Positions 1-9,056 of a DNA stretch of 64,000 nucleotides are shown one piece after another. The position numbers and the translations under genes were made by a program. Within the stretch, counting starts at the first letter, position 1; every line of letters begins with the position of its first letter. The notes under the pieces were generated by a model. That model searched no databases. It saw only the letters and a program-made list of their open reading frames with translations, and was not told the DNA's origin. This DNA comes from an uncultured bacterium (GTDB taxonomy: Bacteria > Abyssobacteria > SURF-5): contig CAYVQZ010000002.1 in NCBI GenBank assembly GCA_964453435.1, positions 20,555 to 84,554 on the forward strand, read 5' to 3'.

Positions 1-1165
1 TCCATGCTCCCTGCTTCTTCTTGAGATAATATGCGCTTGTGCCTGCGAACAGGACTGTGAGGAGCAACCCAACCAAGACAGCCGGCCCGTTTCTCGATGG
101 GAATATCTTCTCGGACACTTTGAACAGTCCCAGAGCGACAAGAATGGCGCCGGCAACCGAACTGAATACGACATGTCGTTCAGACGGCACAAGTCCCAGG
201 ATCAGAACCGGCGCAGACCCCACAACTATCCATACCAGGAGAAAACATATGCGCCGTTTATTTAAGACCAATGGAAGCAGGACGATGGCCAAAAAAGCAA
301 TACCGGCAGGGAGATGAAAAGGCAGACCTATTTTCGACGCCTGGCCGAACCACTGGGTCGCCACCGTCCAGTCAATTGGCGAGAGAGCCATAAGAAACGA
401 GTGCCATGCTCCGGAGACGACACTCTCCAGGCTCAAGGTAACCAACGGGGGGGGCAAGTTCACGTGGCGCATGACAGTGTGTCTCACAAAAACGAAGGAA
501 ACCGTCAATAGAACGAAAGGAGCGGTGTGCTTCACCGCCTCTTTGGCCGCAGTCCTCCAACTTGCTCTCTCTCGAAGAAGGAGTTCATAGAGTATGAGCA
601 CAACCGGCAGTGATACCGCTGATTCCTTAGTGACGAGGGCGGCTCCGAACAGGAGAAGCGCTGAGGCATAAAACGGTATCGAGCCTGTCTTTCGCCAAGC
701 GATATAGCTGATGAGCGCCGCCAAAGTGCAGATGTTTTCCACGACACCGTTCAAACTCGAAATCCAGAAAAGCGCTTCGGCGTGAACATTGGCGGTCAGG
801 AAAATGATTGCTGCGGCAAACGCGGCATGCCATTGGGCGCCCAATTGCAGGGCGATGTAATAAACCTGAAAGCAAAGCAGTCCGTAGCAGACCAGGCTTA
901 TCAGGTGGTACCCTTCCGGCGACTGATTGAAAAGCGCGACCAAGACGCCGAAAAAGAATTTGATGCCGGGCCGATAGTACAGCCCCCATGATGGTCTCAC
1001 GAACTCCTTGAGTCCATCAGAGGCTTCCGTGGCAGAGTCGCGGAGCGCATGATAAATCACAAGGTAGTCGTCAGAATTGAAACGGTGAGTCAACGTCTTC
1101 CCGAAGAGGACGAACACAAGCAGGAAGAGGACGCCAAGTGTCAGAAGGTGTCGGTATTTGCTCAC
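1..1165 (-). CDS. GT-C-like integral membrane glycosyltransferase (ArnT/PMT-like); partial, C-terminus lies beyond window start
   Basis: Manual minus-strand translation gives one unbroken frame from a GTG at 1165 (alternative TTG at 1201; upstream in-frame stop at 1232-1234) to position 1. The product is highly hydrophobic and multi-TM (VSKYRHLLTLGVLFLLVFVLFGK...NSDDYLVIYHAL...GIKFFFGVLVALF...). It is missing from the ORF track because no stop falls inside the window. It resembles the two GT-C-like proteins at 18584-20596 and 27956-30022. Confidence 0.5.
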   Translation of the reverse strand, partial: MSKYRHLLTLGVLFLLVFVLFGKTLTHRFNSDDYLVIYHALRDSATEASDGLKEFVRPSWGLYYRPGIKFFFGVLVALFNQSPEGYHLISLVCYGLLCFQVYYIALQLGAQWHAAFAAAIIFLTANVHAEALFWISSLNGVVENICTLAALISYIAWRKTGSIPFYASALLLFGAALVTKESAVSLPVVLILYELLLRERASWRTAAKEAVKHTAPFVLLTVSFVFVRHTVMRHVNLPPPLVTLSLESVVSGAWHSFLMALSPIDWTVATQWFGQASKIGLPFHLPAGIAFLAIVLLPLVLNKRRICFLLVWIVVGSAPVLILGLVPSERHVVFSSVAGAILVALGLFKVSEKIFPSRNGPAVLVGLLLTVLFAGTSAYYLKKKQGAW

Positions 1166-1184
1166 GTATAGGTCCGAAGCAAGC

Positions 1185-1916
1185 TCACCTTTTCGAGGCA
1201 AGCAGCAATATCGAGAGCCCGAACGGAAGATTCATTCTGCGAATAAGCATTTGCTCCAATCGCATGACACCGAGAAGCATCCGGTTCAGGAGACGCCAGT
1301 TCTCATGGTACTGGATACGTCGTGGCGTCGGGTCCCGTTGAAATCTCGCTTTCACAAGCCTGACGGCCGCGACGGGCGCGAAGAGAAAAGAATTGAAGGA
1401 ACTCACTCGAGTCACGAAGAAACCCGCATGTTGCGCCTTGCGGACAAGCTCCGATTTGGAATATCTCCTCTTGTGATGAAGAACGACGTCATGCGCGCTC
1501 CACAGTGTCTGGTACGCGGGCACACTTGCCAGGAGCATGCCTCCGCTTGCTGTCACTCGAAAGATTTCACGCAATACGGACTCATCATCCTCGCAGTGTT
1601 CGAGCAAATCGGCGGCCACGACCATCGCAAACGAGTTGGATTTGAAGGGCATCAAGTCGGCCGATGCCTGACACAGTTTTGAAAAACCAAGGGAACGACA
1701 GTGTGCCAACGCGCCGAGATTCAGATCGATGCCGACCACTGTGCCCGCGTTCGCGAATCTTCTCATCATGGTTCCGGAGCCGCACCCGACATCAAGGACT
1801 GGTTCTCCTCGCAGAGAATCTCGGCCGATGCTTGAGAACAGGATGTCGCGTGTTCCCAAAAACCACCAGTGTTTTTCGGCCAGTTCAAAGAGCGAAGCGT
1901 ATTCTTCCGGATTCAT
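1185..1916 (-). CDS. class I SAM-dependent methyltransferase
   Basis: 243 aa with motif I LDVGCGSG, the acidic loop after beta2 (VGIDLN), and a Methyltransf_11/23-like fold. Its start overlaps the stop of the downstream methyltransferase by 4 bp. Confidence 0.75.
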   Translation of the reverse strand: MNPEEYASLFELAEKHWWFLGTRDILFSSIGRDSLRGEPVLDVGCGSGTMMRRFANAGTVVGIDLNLGALAHCRSLGFSKLCQASADLMPFKSNSFAMVVAADLLEHCEDDESVLREIFRVTASGGMLLASVPAYQTLWSAHDVVLHHKRRYSKSELVRKAQHAGFFVTRVSSFNSFLFAPVAAVRLVKARFQRDPTPRRIQYHENWRLLNRMLLGVMRLEQMLIRRMNLPFGLSILLLASKR

Positions 1917-2812
1917 GGGACGTTTTTCATTTTCGTTGCGTAAACAAGCATTATGTCAAAGGGATTAACATAAATCACGCGATTCCTAATTCCCAGTGTT
2001 CGAGCGAGCCGTTCAAGAAGACGCTGCACCGCCGAACTGTAAATGCCTGTTCGCCTGATGAAGAATCCAACGTCAACATACTTGCCGACGTATGTGAGCC
2101 GGACAGGCTCGAAATGATATTTCGAGAGGAGGCGGGTAATCGTCGATCGCGAGAAGTAAAAGAGATGTTCGCCTTGCTTGATTCCCATCCACCGTGCGCC
2201 CGAGAACCGAGCGACAAGACTCGATATGTCGGGTGTGGTGAGCGCCAGCAATCCGCCGGCTTTGAGCAGACGATTCACCTGTTCCAGTTCCTTGGCCGGA
2301 TTCGGGCAGTGTTCGAGGTAGTCCCACATAGTGACGACGTCAAACGACTCGGGAGGAAAATCCGCTTCCTCCAACTGTCCGCAGAACACCTCGGTTCCTC
2401 GGATGTTTCGGGCGAGTTCACACGCATACTCGGAGATTTCAACTCCCTTCGTTTTCCAGCCCAACCGGTTGGCTACCTCGAGCGAAAAACCGGTGGCGCA
2501 ACCCACATCCAGGAGGCGTCCCTTGTGTTGCAGTAGCGTTTCGATTTCTTGCATCCGCCTCTGAAATGTCTTCTCGATTTTCACGCGGTCGGCCGCGTAG
2601 TCGTCATACCCCAAGGCTCCCGAGTTTGAACTCTTGAAATAGCTTTCGGAGTAGAGCCGGCGAAGTTCGTCTGCGGGGGGAATCTTTTTCGCGCGAACCA
2701 ATCCGCAGTCGACACATTTGACCAAATCCAACTCCGGGTACAGGTAGTTGAGCGATGTGCCGCCGCAGAGGATGCAGGGAGTGGTGTCAGTCGGTGGAGC
2801 GGGGCGACTCAT
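1913..2812 (-). CDS. SAM-dependent methyltransferase with N-terminal Cys4 zinc ribbon (sugar/C-methyltransferase-like)
   Basis: 299 aa. The N-terminus has CILCGG...CVDCG, followed by a Rossmann motif LLDVGCATG and a DYLEH-type motif. The ATGA overlap at 1913-1916 suggests translational coupling to the next methyltransferase. Confidence 0.75.
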   Translation of the reverse strand: MSRPAPPTDTTPCILCGGTSLNYLYPELDLVKCVDCGLVRAKKIPPADELRRLYSESYFKSSNSGALGYDDYAADRVKIEKTFQRRMQEIETLLQHKGRLLDVGCATGFSLEVANRLGWKTKGVEISEYACELARNIRGTEVFCGQLEEADFPPESFDVVTMWDYLEHCPNPAKELEQVNRLLKAGGLLALTTPDISSLVARFSGARWMGIKQGEHLFYFSRSTITRLLSKYHFEPVRLTYVGKYVDVGFFIRRTGIYSSAVQRLLERLARTLGIRNRVIYVNPFDIMLVYATKMKNVP

Positions 2813-3536
2813 AGAGTTTTTTCCAATCGTTCATCCGTATCTTCAATACTTCCCACAACATCGGCAGGGTGTCTCTGAATACGCTGACTTTCGTTGAAGG
2901 CGAATTGTTCCATAATACGCCGATTTCGCCGACACGATATCCATATTTTCGAGCGAGGAAAAGCGCTTCCACATCAAAGCCGAAGCCGTCGAGTTTGGCA
3001 GAGGCAAATATTCGCGCAGCGGAACCGCACGTGAAGAGCTTGAAGCCACATTGAGTGTCATGGATACCGGGGACAGCCGACAAGCGGACTATCGCATTGA
3101 ACACTTTTCCGCTTAGAACCCGGTACCACGGGCGCCAACCCACGATTTTGGAGTCGCTCAACGCTCGCGACCCAACAACCACTTCAAACCCATTCTCCGC
3201 AACTTTCTGAAGCTTATGTAGTTCCTCTATCGGGGTGGCCAGGTCTGCGTCGGTTAGCAGCACATTTTCCGACTCCGCTGCAATAGTTCCCGTCCGCACC
3301 GCATAACCCTTGCCCTGATTCCGGTCATAGCCGATAAGCCGAATACGGGAATCGTTTTCTGCCAAATGCCTCACGATATCAATGGTGGAATCGGTGCTCC
3401 CGTCGCTCACCACAATTATCTCGTGCGCTATACGGGATTTGTTTAAATGCTTGGAAATCTGTTGGATTGTCAAGCCGATTCTTTCGGCTTCGTTATAAGC
3501 GGGAATGACCACGGACAGTTCGGGTTTATGAGTCAT
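2787..3536 (-). CDS. family 2 glycosyltransferase (polyprenyl-phosphate sugar synthase-like, DPM1-like)
   Basis: Motifs LSVVIPAYNE, VVSDGSTDST and the DAD acidic motif are present, with C-terminal similarity to dolichol-phosphate mannosyltransferase-like GT2. The ORF-track entry 2787-3731 has a 65-aa non-homologous N-extension. ATG 3536 begins MTHKPELSVVIP, and TTGTCAT precedes it. Confidence 0.75.
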   Translation of the reverse strand: MTHKPELSVVIPAYNEAERIGLTIQQISKHLNKSRIAHEIIVVSDGSTDSTIDIVRHLAENDSRIRLIGYDRNQGKGYAVRTGTIAAESENVLLTDADLATPIEELHKLQKVAENGFEVVVGSRALSDSKIVGWRPWYRVLSGKVFNAIVRLSAVPGIHDTQCGFKLFTCGSAARIFASAKLDGFGFDVEALFLARKYGYRVGEIGVLWNNSPSTKVSVFRDTLPMLWEVLKIRMNDWKKLYESPRSTD

Positions 3537-3795
3537 AATGCAAGCTATAATTGAGAGGCAAAGTGGATAGCCTTTTTTGTCATCGGAACAAGCCGTGAAC
3601 ATTATACTTGCGGCAAAAATACGTGTCAACCCGCAATGTTTGGAATAAGTGCAGACGAGAACGATGACCCCAAAACCGCGCGTTTCGAGACCACTTCCCC
3701 CTGATGAGGAAAGCATATGAGGACATCCCACTGCCGGGTCCGGTAAACTCTATCCTGTGGCCGCTGTCTTCGCAGACTCGAAATGCCGCGTTGAT

Positions 3796-3824
3796 TTGAC
3801 ATATTTTGTGTCATATGTTATACT
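3796..3824 (+). promoter_or_regulatory. sigma70-type promoter (TTGACA-17-TGtTATACT) upstream of the HU/IHF gene
   Basis: TTGACA at 3796-3801, a 17-bp spacer, and an extended -10 TGTTATACT at 3816-3824, in the divergent region between the GT2 and HU genes. It leaves about a 125-nt leader containing the perfect palindrome ATGCAATATTGCAT (3863-3876). Confidence 0.4.
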
Positions 3825-3957
3825 TATGCCGATTTCGAGCAGTTGCGGTTGCTCGGAAGTTTTTACGCGGTTATGCAATATTGCATACCCCAAATTAAAT
3901 TCGGTTGTTGGCGACGCGTTCAAGTCTCGAAATGGCTGACGAAAGGAGTTCGTTCTC

Positions 3958-4257
3958 ATGACAAAGAGGGAATTAGTTATTGAGGTCGCCAGACAGCTTG
4001 GATTCACCCAGAACGATGTTGCAAGGGTGATCCAGACGTCATTCGACGTGATCACAGACTCTCTTGCCGAAGGGAAACGCCTCGAAATCAGGAACTTCGG
4101 CGTGTTCGAGGTCAAGAAACGCGACGCTCGAATCGGTCGTAATCCGAGGACGGGAGAGGAAGTGCCGATCCCAGAGAAGCGTGTCGCAACGTTCAAGCCG
4201 GGCAAACAGATTAAGGAGAAGGTAGAGAACTCCCGCCCTGAACCAGCCCAACCCTGA
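3958..4257 (+). CDS. HU/IHF family DNA-binding protein
   Basis: 99 aa: MTKRELVIEVARQLGFTQNDVARVIQTSFDVITDSLAEGKRLEIRNFGVFEVKKRDARIGRNPRTGEEVPIP is a bacterial histone-like (HU/IHF) signature. RBS AAAGGAG lies upstream. Confidence 0.85.
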   Translation: MTKRELVIEVARQLGFTQNDVARVIQTSFDVITDSLAEGKRLEIRNFGVFEVKKRDARIGRNPRTGEEVPIPEKRVATFKPGKQIKEKVENSRPEPAQP

Positions 4258-4301
4258 CATGCTGACCTCCGTGGCAGTCTGAAAGGCACAGGAATGTCGG
4301 T

Positions 4302-4967
4302 GTGAACGGAGAGGCCTCTCGCAAACCCCTTTACTTGCCGGAGTTATATGTCCTCATCGATGAAGGGATTCTTCTCTGTGAGGATAGCGCGCGAACAATG
4401 GAGCAAGCTATTCTTGGGGGAGCCGATGCCATCCAGTTCCGCGCAAAGAAGCTATCCAAGCGTCGCTATTACGCCAAAGCTGGGAACTTGCAAAGGATAG
4501 CTCGAACTCATCGGATACCTTTTTTCGTTAATGACCATTTGGATATCGCTATTGCTATCTCTGCCGACGGCGTACACTTGGGGCAGACCGACCTCCCCGC
4601 GTCGGCGGCGCGTCGGATCATGCCCGACGCAATGATGCTGGGTATTTCAACACATTCTTTGCGACAAGCGGAGAAGGCTGTCGAGGATGGGGCCGATTAT
4701 GTGGCTATCGGCCCTGTATTTCCCACCACCACAAAAGATAATGCCGAGCCGGTTGTTGGAACCGACGCGGTTCGGCTGGTCAAAAGCCGAACCGCAGACA
4801 TCCCTGTCCTCGCGATCGGAGGCATCACCTCTCAGAATGCAGCCGAAGTAATTCGCTCAGGGGCCGATGGCATAGCAGTCGCTTCAGCGGTTTTGCTTGC
4901 CGACCAACCGCTGCTTGCGGTGAAGGACCTCAAAGAACGGATTCAGAAAGCGAAGAGAACTCGATAA
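4302..4967 (+). CDS. thiE: thiamine-phosphate synthase
   Basis: 221 aa with LYVLIDEG, DAIQFRAK, FFVNDHLDIA, VHLGQTD and AIGPVFPTTTK, the TMP-TENI family signature motifs. Confidence 0.8.
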   Translation: MNGEASRKPLYLPELYVLIDEGILLCEDSARTMEQAILGGADAIQFRAKKLSKRRYYAKAGNLQRIARTHRIPFFVNDHLDIAIAISADGVHLGQTDLPASAARRIMPDAMMLGISTHSLRQAEKAVEDGADYVAIGPVFPTTTKDNAEPVVGTDAVRLVKSRTADIPVLAIGGITSQNAAEVIRSGADGIAVASAVLLADQPLLAVKDLKERIQKAKRTR

Positions 4968-5281
4968 TCCCCTTTCGGCGCAGGCGGAGAAAACCTCACA
5001 TCTGTTCCCTCATTCTGGTTTTCCCTGTATCGTGCTTTCTTCGCATTTTCGGTTCCCTCGTCTCCGGGATACACATCGGCCCTTTTCATCTCGGCATGCT
5101 GAGAGCGACTTTTTGCTTCACAACACGCTGTCCAAAATTCCTGGGAAGGTCATCGAGCAATTTCGATGGGTTGAGGAAAAAAACCAAGCCGGATGATTCC
5201 CTCCTGCCTGGCTCGTTCAAAGCCCGACAGGCCGTTAAGACTCAGGGGCGTGTTGCCGGAATAACTTTCCGGCGCTTTGGT

Positions 5282-5391
5282 TGTCATTCTGAGCCCTTCG
5301 AGTCCCTCAGGATAAACCCCCGTGAAGAATCTGGCGATTGATTGCGCCAAAAAAGAGAGATTCTTCGTCGCTTTTGCTCCTCAGAATGACA
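5282..5391. repeat. nested inverted repeats (12-bp IR TGTCATTCTGAG/CTCAGAATGACA enclosing 9-bp IR GAAGAATCT/AGATTCTTC) in the 5' region of the MFS gene
   Basis: 5282-5293 is the reverse complement of 5380-5391 with an 86-bp spacer, and the spacer itself holds GAAGAATCT...AGATTCTTC. It sits 130-240 bp upstream of ATG 5520. Confidence 0.5.
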
Positions 5392-5519
5392 GTATGGGAG
5401 CCTTCTGGAAGAAATAGCCTTTTCGGAAACAGGCCGTCAAAATTTGTTCTTGCAAAACCGGCTTGCCATACTGTATCGTGTTGCCGAACCGGGATGCGCA
5501 TATCGTACGGAGAATTTTC

Positions 5520-6806
5520 ATGAATGAAACACAAGAAGGACGAATCTTTTATGGCTGGTGGATAGTTCTTGCCAGTTCAATCATCATATTCTTTGGGACT
5601 GGCATAGCGTTTTACTCCTTTGGTGTTTTTATTAAACCAATAGAGGCTGAGCTTGGATGGAGCCGGGAAGTTCTGTCCCTCGGCGTTGCGGCCTGGGCTC
5701 TTGTTTTCGGTTTTTCCGGCCCGATAGTTGGCATCCTGCTGCATAAATATGGCGCTCGGGTGGTGATTGCAGGTTCAGCTTTGATTGCCGGCGTCTCGTA
5801 CATGCTCCTAATGTGGGTTGGCCATCTCTACCAGTTTTTCATCCTGATGATTATCATCGGGTTTGCCGCGGTCGGTATCACGCTCATACCGAATCAGACG
5901 CTCATCTCAAACTGGTTTCAGAGATATCGGGGCCGCGCCATGGGGCTTATGATGGCGGGCATCGGCCTGGGAGGCTTTACCATGCCCCAGGTCGCGAACT
6001 ATGTCATTGAATCGAGAGGTTGGCGAACATCTTTTTTCCTTTTGGGACTTTTTATATTAATTTTTATCGTGCCGGTCGCGCTGCTTGTTATCCGCACGAA
6101 ACCATCGGACATGGGGCTGAGACCTGATGGGGAACCAACCCGCGACCGTGAAGAAACAGAAGGCTCGTTCTTGGGAGATTCAATGGAAGCGGGTCTGCCC
6201 GTCGGACGCGCCATGAAGAGCGTATCGTTCTGGATGCTATTTGCTGCGTTTGCACTGTTGGTTTTCGGGGAATCCGGGTTCACCGTGCACTTTGTCGCCT
6301 TGGTGGACGATGCGGGGGTATCCTCTCAAATGGCGGCGTTTTTCTGGGGGCTCGTGGCGGGTGTGAGCGTTGTCGGGCGCCTTGGTTTCGGATTTCTGGC
6401 GGACCGCTGGAATCCCAGAAATCTCATAACGATGACCCATGCGTTACACGGTGTGGCGACCGTGGGGCTTCTCGTATTTTTTCTGGATATGGGTATCACA
6501 TCCGCTATCACATTGTTTCCGTTTTCAGTCGTCTACGGGCTGTCCCTGGGTGGCTCCGCAGTTTTGCTGCCGGTTCTGGTCGGTCGTTGCTTTGGTCTTT
6601 TAAATTTCAGCAAGCTTCTCGGTCTGCTGATGAGCGGGTTTGCCGTCGGAGTGTTGGGAGGCCCTTACGCAGCGGGCGCCATCGCCCACAAGACAGGCAG
6701 CTACCGTCCGGCAATCATCATTTTCGCTATTGGATTCGGCCTGGCGGCGTTTGCTGTCGCGCTTGTCCGGCCCGACAAATATAAAAGCGAATTCGTGCAG
6801 AGGTGA
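5520..6806 (+). CDS. MFS transporter
   Basis: About 12 predicted TM helices with the pattern typical of the oxalate/formate antiporter family. The track ORF starts at 5463, but ATG 5520 (MNETQEGRIFYGWW) has an ACGGAGA RBS 7 nt upstream. Confidence 0.8.
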   Translation: MNETQEGRIFYGWWIVLASSIIIFFGTGIAFYSFGVFIKPIEAELGWSREVLSLGVAAWALVFGFSGPIVGILLHKYGARVVIAGSALIAGVSYMLLMWVGHLYQFFILMIIIGFAAVGITLIPNQTLISNWFQRYRGRAMGLMMAGIGLGGFTMPQVANYVIESRGWRTSFFLLGLFILIFIVPVALLVIRTKPSDMGLRPDGEPTRDREETEGSFLGDSMEAGLPVGRAMKSVSFWMLFAAFALLVFGESGFTVHFVALVDDAGVSSQMAAFFWGLVAGVSVVGRLGFGFLADRWNPRNLITMTHALHGVATVGLLVFFLDMGITSAITLFPFSVVYGLSLGGSAVLLPVLVGRCFGLLNFSKLLGLLMSGFAVGVLGGPYAAGAIAHKTGSYRPAIIIFAIGFGLAAFAVALVRPDKYKSEFVQR

Positions 6807-7202
6807 GCAGGTGTTTGTGCCGACAAAACGTATGAAACCGACTATGAGACACTTACTTTTCTTGTCTTGAGACAGAACGAGGAAGCCCGTGCGGCTTCCT
6901 GCGAGCGGTCCCGCCATTCCACTCCTGCCGTGACATCGGAACCTCATCGGGTTCCAGCCGCAGGGAATCGGCGGAACCGAGCGGAGGTTTCGTATCAACT
7001 TTTCTCCAAACCATTTCGAAATTTCGGATTGGACGTTGAGTGCTCCGATGCGCTTTACGATGTTCTTTCGAACAGTGTCATCAGCACTCGTTTCTTTGCG
7101 GAACTCTCCGGCCTTCAGGCATCGAGTATTCGGATTCATTCGTCGGCAAGGCTGAGGATATCCCGGGGCTAAGTACACGTGGCCACAAATACCATTCCGT
7201 AT

Positions 7203-7218
7203 TGCATAGCGCTATGCA
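7203..7218. promoter_or_regulatory. perfect 16-bp palindrome TGCATAGCGCTATGCA (candidate operator)
   Basis: A perfect palindrome in the 645-bp non-coding gap between the MFS and DsrE-like genes, 15 bp upstream of a second inverted repeat. Confidence 0.35.
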
Positions 7219-7232
7219 GAAGCGGCAGGTCA

Positions 7233-7301
7233 GAAATTCCGGGGACACGGAATCACGCGGAGCGTGACCTTCGGCCGAGAAGTCCATGTCCCCGGAATTT
7301 C
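7233..7301. promoter_or_regulatory. 15-bp perfect inverted repeat GAAATTCCGGGGACA...TGTCCCCGGAATTTC with 39-bp spacer
   Basis: 7233-7247 is the exact reverse complement of 7287-7301. It lies 150 bp upstream of the DsrE-like gene start and could be a structured RNA or a dimeric regulator site. Confidence 0.4.
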
Positions 7302-7451
7302 CAATGTGATGAAATACGTGAGCGGAATTATGAACCAGTGCACGAAGGCTCCGGGCGGAAGGACAGCACCGTGGTCCGCATGTTTTCTTGCCGTGAAACG
7401 ATATCAAGAGCCTGAGAGTTCGAGCGGAGAAAGAATAAGGGAGAATGTGCG

Positions 7452-7796
7452 ATGAAAGAGAAAGGTGGAGTGGTTTTTATTACGTCGGACCGGATCGGAC
7501 GCGGGGATGACGAACTTGGGCAAGACCTCATGCTCAATTTCCTCCATCAATTGTCCGAATGTGAAACGAAGCCGGATTTCGTGATACTGATGAATGGGGG
7601 CGTCAAACTGGCAGTCGAGGGTTCGGAAGCGCTGGCCAGTCTGGAAGCCTTGGAAGCCAATGCGGTCACTATTCTCGCGTGTGGAACCTGCTTGAATTTT
7701 TTCGGAATCAAAGACAAGCAAAGGGCGGGCAAACCATCGAACATGGTCGAGATAACCGCAACGATGCTGAACGCCAAAAAAGTGGTCACGGTGTGA
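7452..7796 (+). CDS. DsrE/DsrF/TusD-like sulfur-relay family protein
   Basis: 114 aa: MKEKGGVVFITSDRIG...ILMNGGVKLA...LACGTCLNFFGI is the YchN/DsrE-fold signature with the conserved Cys. RBS AAGGGAG lies upstream. Confidence 0.65.
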   Translation: MKEKGGVVFITSDRIGRGDDELGQDLMLNFLHQLSECETKPDFVILMNGGVKLAVEGSEALASLEALEANAVTILACGTCLNFFGIKDKQRAGKPSNMVEITATMLNAKKVVTV

Positions 7797-7871
7797 GAAT
7801 TCATATCCCGCTCCGTGAATCCGCGTTTCCGAAGTTCGACGCATATCAAGCGGCGAAAAAGACTCTCCTGC

Positions 7872-8030
7872 GACTGTCCCACCATTGTCCAGCGAAGGGG
7901 ACGGTCCCAGATTTACGGGCACGAAGTGCCGTAGAATCGGGACTGTCCCCGAAGCGACCCGCGTTCCTTCGCTGAGCAAAGCGAAGTCCCGCCAAAGGCG
8001 GGATAGATTGGCGGACTGCCCCCGAAGCGT
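7872..8030. repeat. dispersed intergenic repeat, family 1 (GATTTACGG...AATCGGGACTGTCCCCGAAGCG...AGATTGGCGGACTGCCCCCGAAGCG), copy A
   Basis: Shares blocks with 22500-22693 and 40915-41045. The 25-mer AGATTGGCGGACTGCCCCCGAAGCG at 8005-8029 is identical to 40975-40999. It also holds an inverted copy of the core (CGAAGGGGACGGTCCC). Confidence 0.6.
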
Positions 8031-8074
8031 ACACTGATCAATCGTGGAATACACTCTCTGGGGTGCTTCGGAAA

Positions 8075-8503
8075 CTATGAAAGCAGGTGTCGCCGGTTGC
8101 GCCAAATATAGATAATCGTGAACGGCCCAAGAGTCAAACATGCTGTGGAGATGATAAGGTTTTCTACAAACGCGTGGGAGAATTCCGTGAAAAATCCCTG
8201 CTGAATCGCATACAGGGTGTCCATCAACCCGAGGAAAATGATTGCGCTTCCCGCCAGCAGACCGAAGAGCAGACCCCAGGGCCGTTGACGTATGATGCCG
8301 ATTGCGCCGATTATGGCGCAGAGGCTCATATACACGTCCGCGACGGTAAAGGACTGTTCATGTTCTATGTAAGCCCTGTCGTCCGAGACTGCCACCGTCC
8401 CCGACGTATAGAACTCGAGCCAGAACGCCACCGTAAGTGCGGCGAAGATGATGAGAATGACGGCCAGAACCACAAGGCCTCTCGGTCTGGGTGGACCCTG
8501 CAT
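8075..8503 (-). CDS. small integral membrane protein (4 TM), function unknown
   Basis: 142 aa with four hydrophobic helices. It is flanked by a family-1 repeat on the left and a family-2 repeat on the right. Confidence 0.5.
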   Translation of the reverse strand: MQGPPRPRGLVVLAVILIIFAALTVAFWLEFYTSGTVAVSDDRAYIEHEQSFTVADVYMSLCAIIGAIGIIRQRPWGLLFGLLAGSAIIFLGLMDTLYAIQQGFFTEFSHAFVENLIISTACLTLGPFTIIYIWRNRRHLLS

Positions 8504-8939
8504 ATTTTTGTCTCCTCCGGGTGCATGAATGCCGACCGATGCGAAATCTCAACGCTCATGTCTTGTGTTCCAATCTTGCTGTGGTGATTTTTTCAAACCG
8601 GAAGCAGGCTTCCCTCTATCCGATGTCGTTCCCGCAACGGCCTGCTCAATCAAGCTGGCGCAGACTCGCATCCGTGCTCCCTTTTCAGCATACCCAATGT
8701 CAAGATAATCATAAAAGAAGAAGTGTATGAATGCAAGTGGGCTTATGCCGATTCGATGGCTTTGTTAGCGGGACGGAGGGTAGAGATACATGCGGCAGGG
8801 AGTCCTCTGCGAAGGTTTTGTGGTGATATACTAATTTTGGGGACTGACAGACAGCGAGGCGGCAGCGAATAGCTGATGGTTGATTTTCATGTTACAATCT
8901 GATATAGAAAGTAACACAGCACGGCGGAGCCGCAACCAA

Positions 8940-8973
8940 CGGTTATTGAGCAATGCATGGCGTCCCCAATAAC
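8940..8973 (+). repeat. dispersed intergenic repeat, family 2 (GGTTATTG-N19-CAATAACC hairpin containing CATGGCGTCCCCAATAACC), copy 1
   Basis: GGTTATTGAGCAATGCATGGCGTCCCCAATAACC has an 8-bp inverted-repeat stem. Its core matches 37517-37549, 45503-45530 and, in reverse orientation, 40832-40877. Confidence 0.55.
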
Positions 8974-9056
8974 CCTGAAAATACGAGCGAAGCAGCATGG
9001 AACATCACGACAAGAATTCATGAATTTGGCGCTTGGTAATATAAGGGTGTTGGATC

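Noticed and set aside
39-991. Plus-strand ORFs 39-317, 314-511 and 782-991, and minus-strand ORFs 372-560, 532-747 and 627-989
   Set aside because: All lie inside a single unbroken minus-strand reading frame (1-1165, no in-window stop) that encodes a convincing multi-TM GT-C-like protein. The listed ORFs are low-complexity Arg/Pro-rich alternative frames typical of high-GC sequence.
4258-4301. TPP riboswitch upstream of thiE
   Set aside because: Only 44 nt separate HU and thiE, and the conserved CTGAGA...ACCCTTGAACCTGATCTGGATAATGCCAGCG core is absent.
6600-7178. 192-aa minus-strand ORF overlapping the 3' end of the MFS gene and the following gap
   Set aside because: It overlaps the MFS coding region by 200 bp, has Arg/Cys-rich composition with no recognisable domain, and has no RBS. 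It was treated as non-coding, and the region is instead flagged for its palindromes.
8504-9056. Promoter-like TTGATT...TACAAT and ORF 8491-8730 in the gap upstream of the DUF1559 gene
   Set aside because: The -35/-10 spacing is only 7 bp, and the ORF has no RBS or domain signal. Only the family-2 repeat copy at 8940-8973 was retained.
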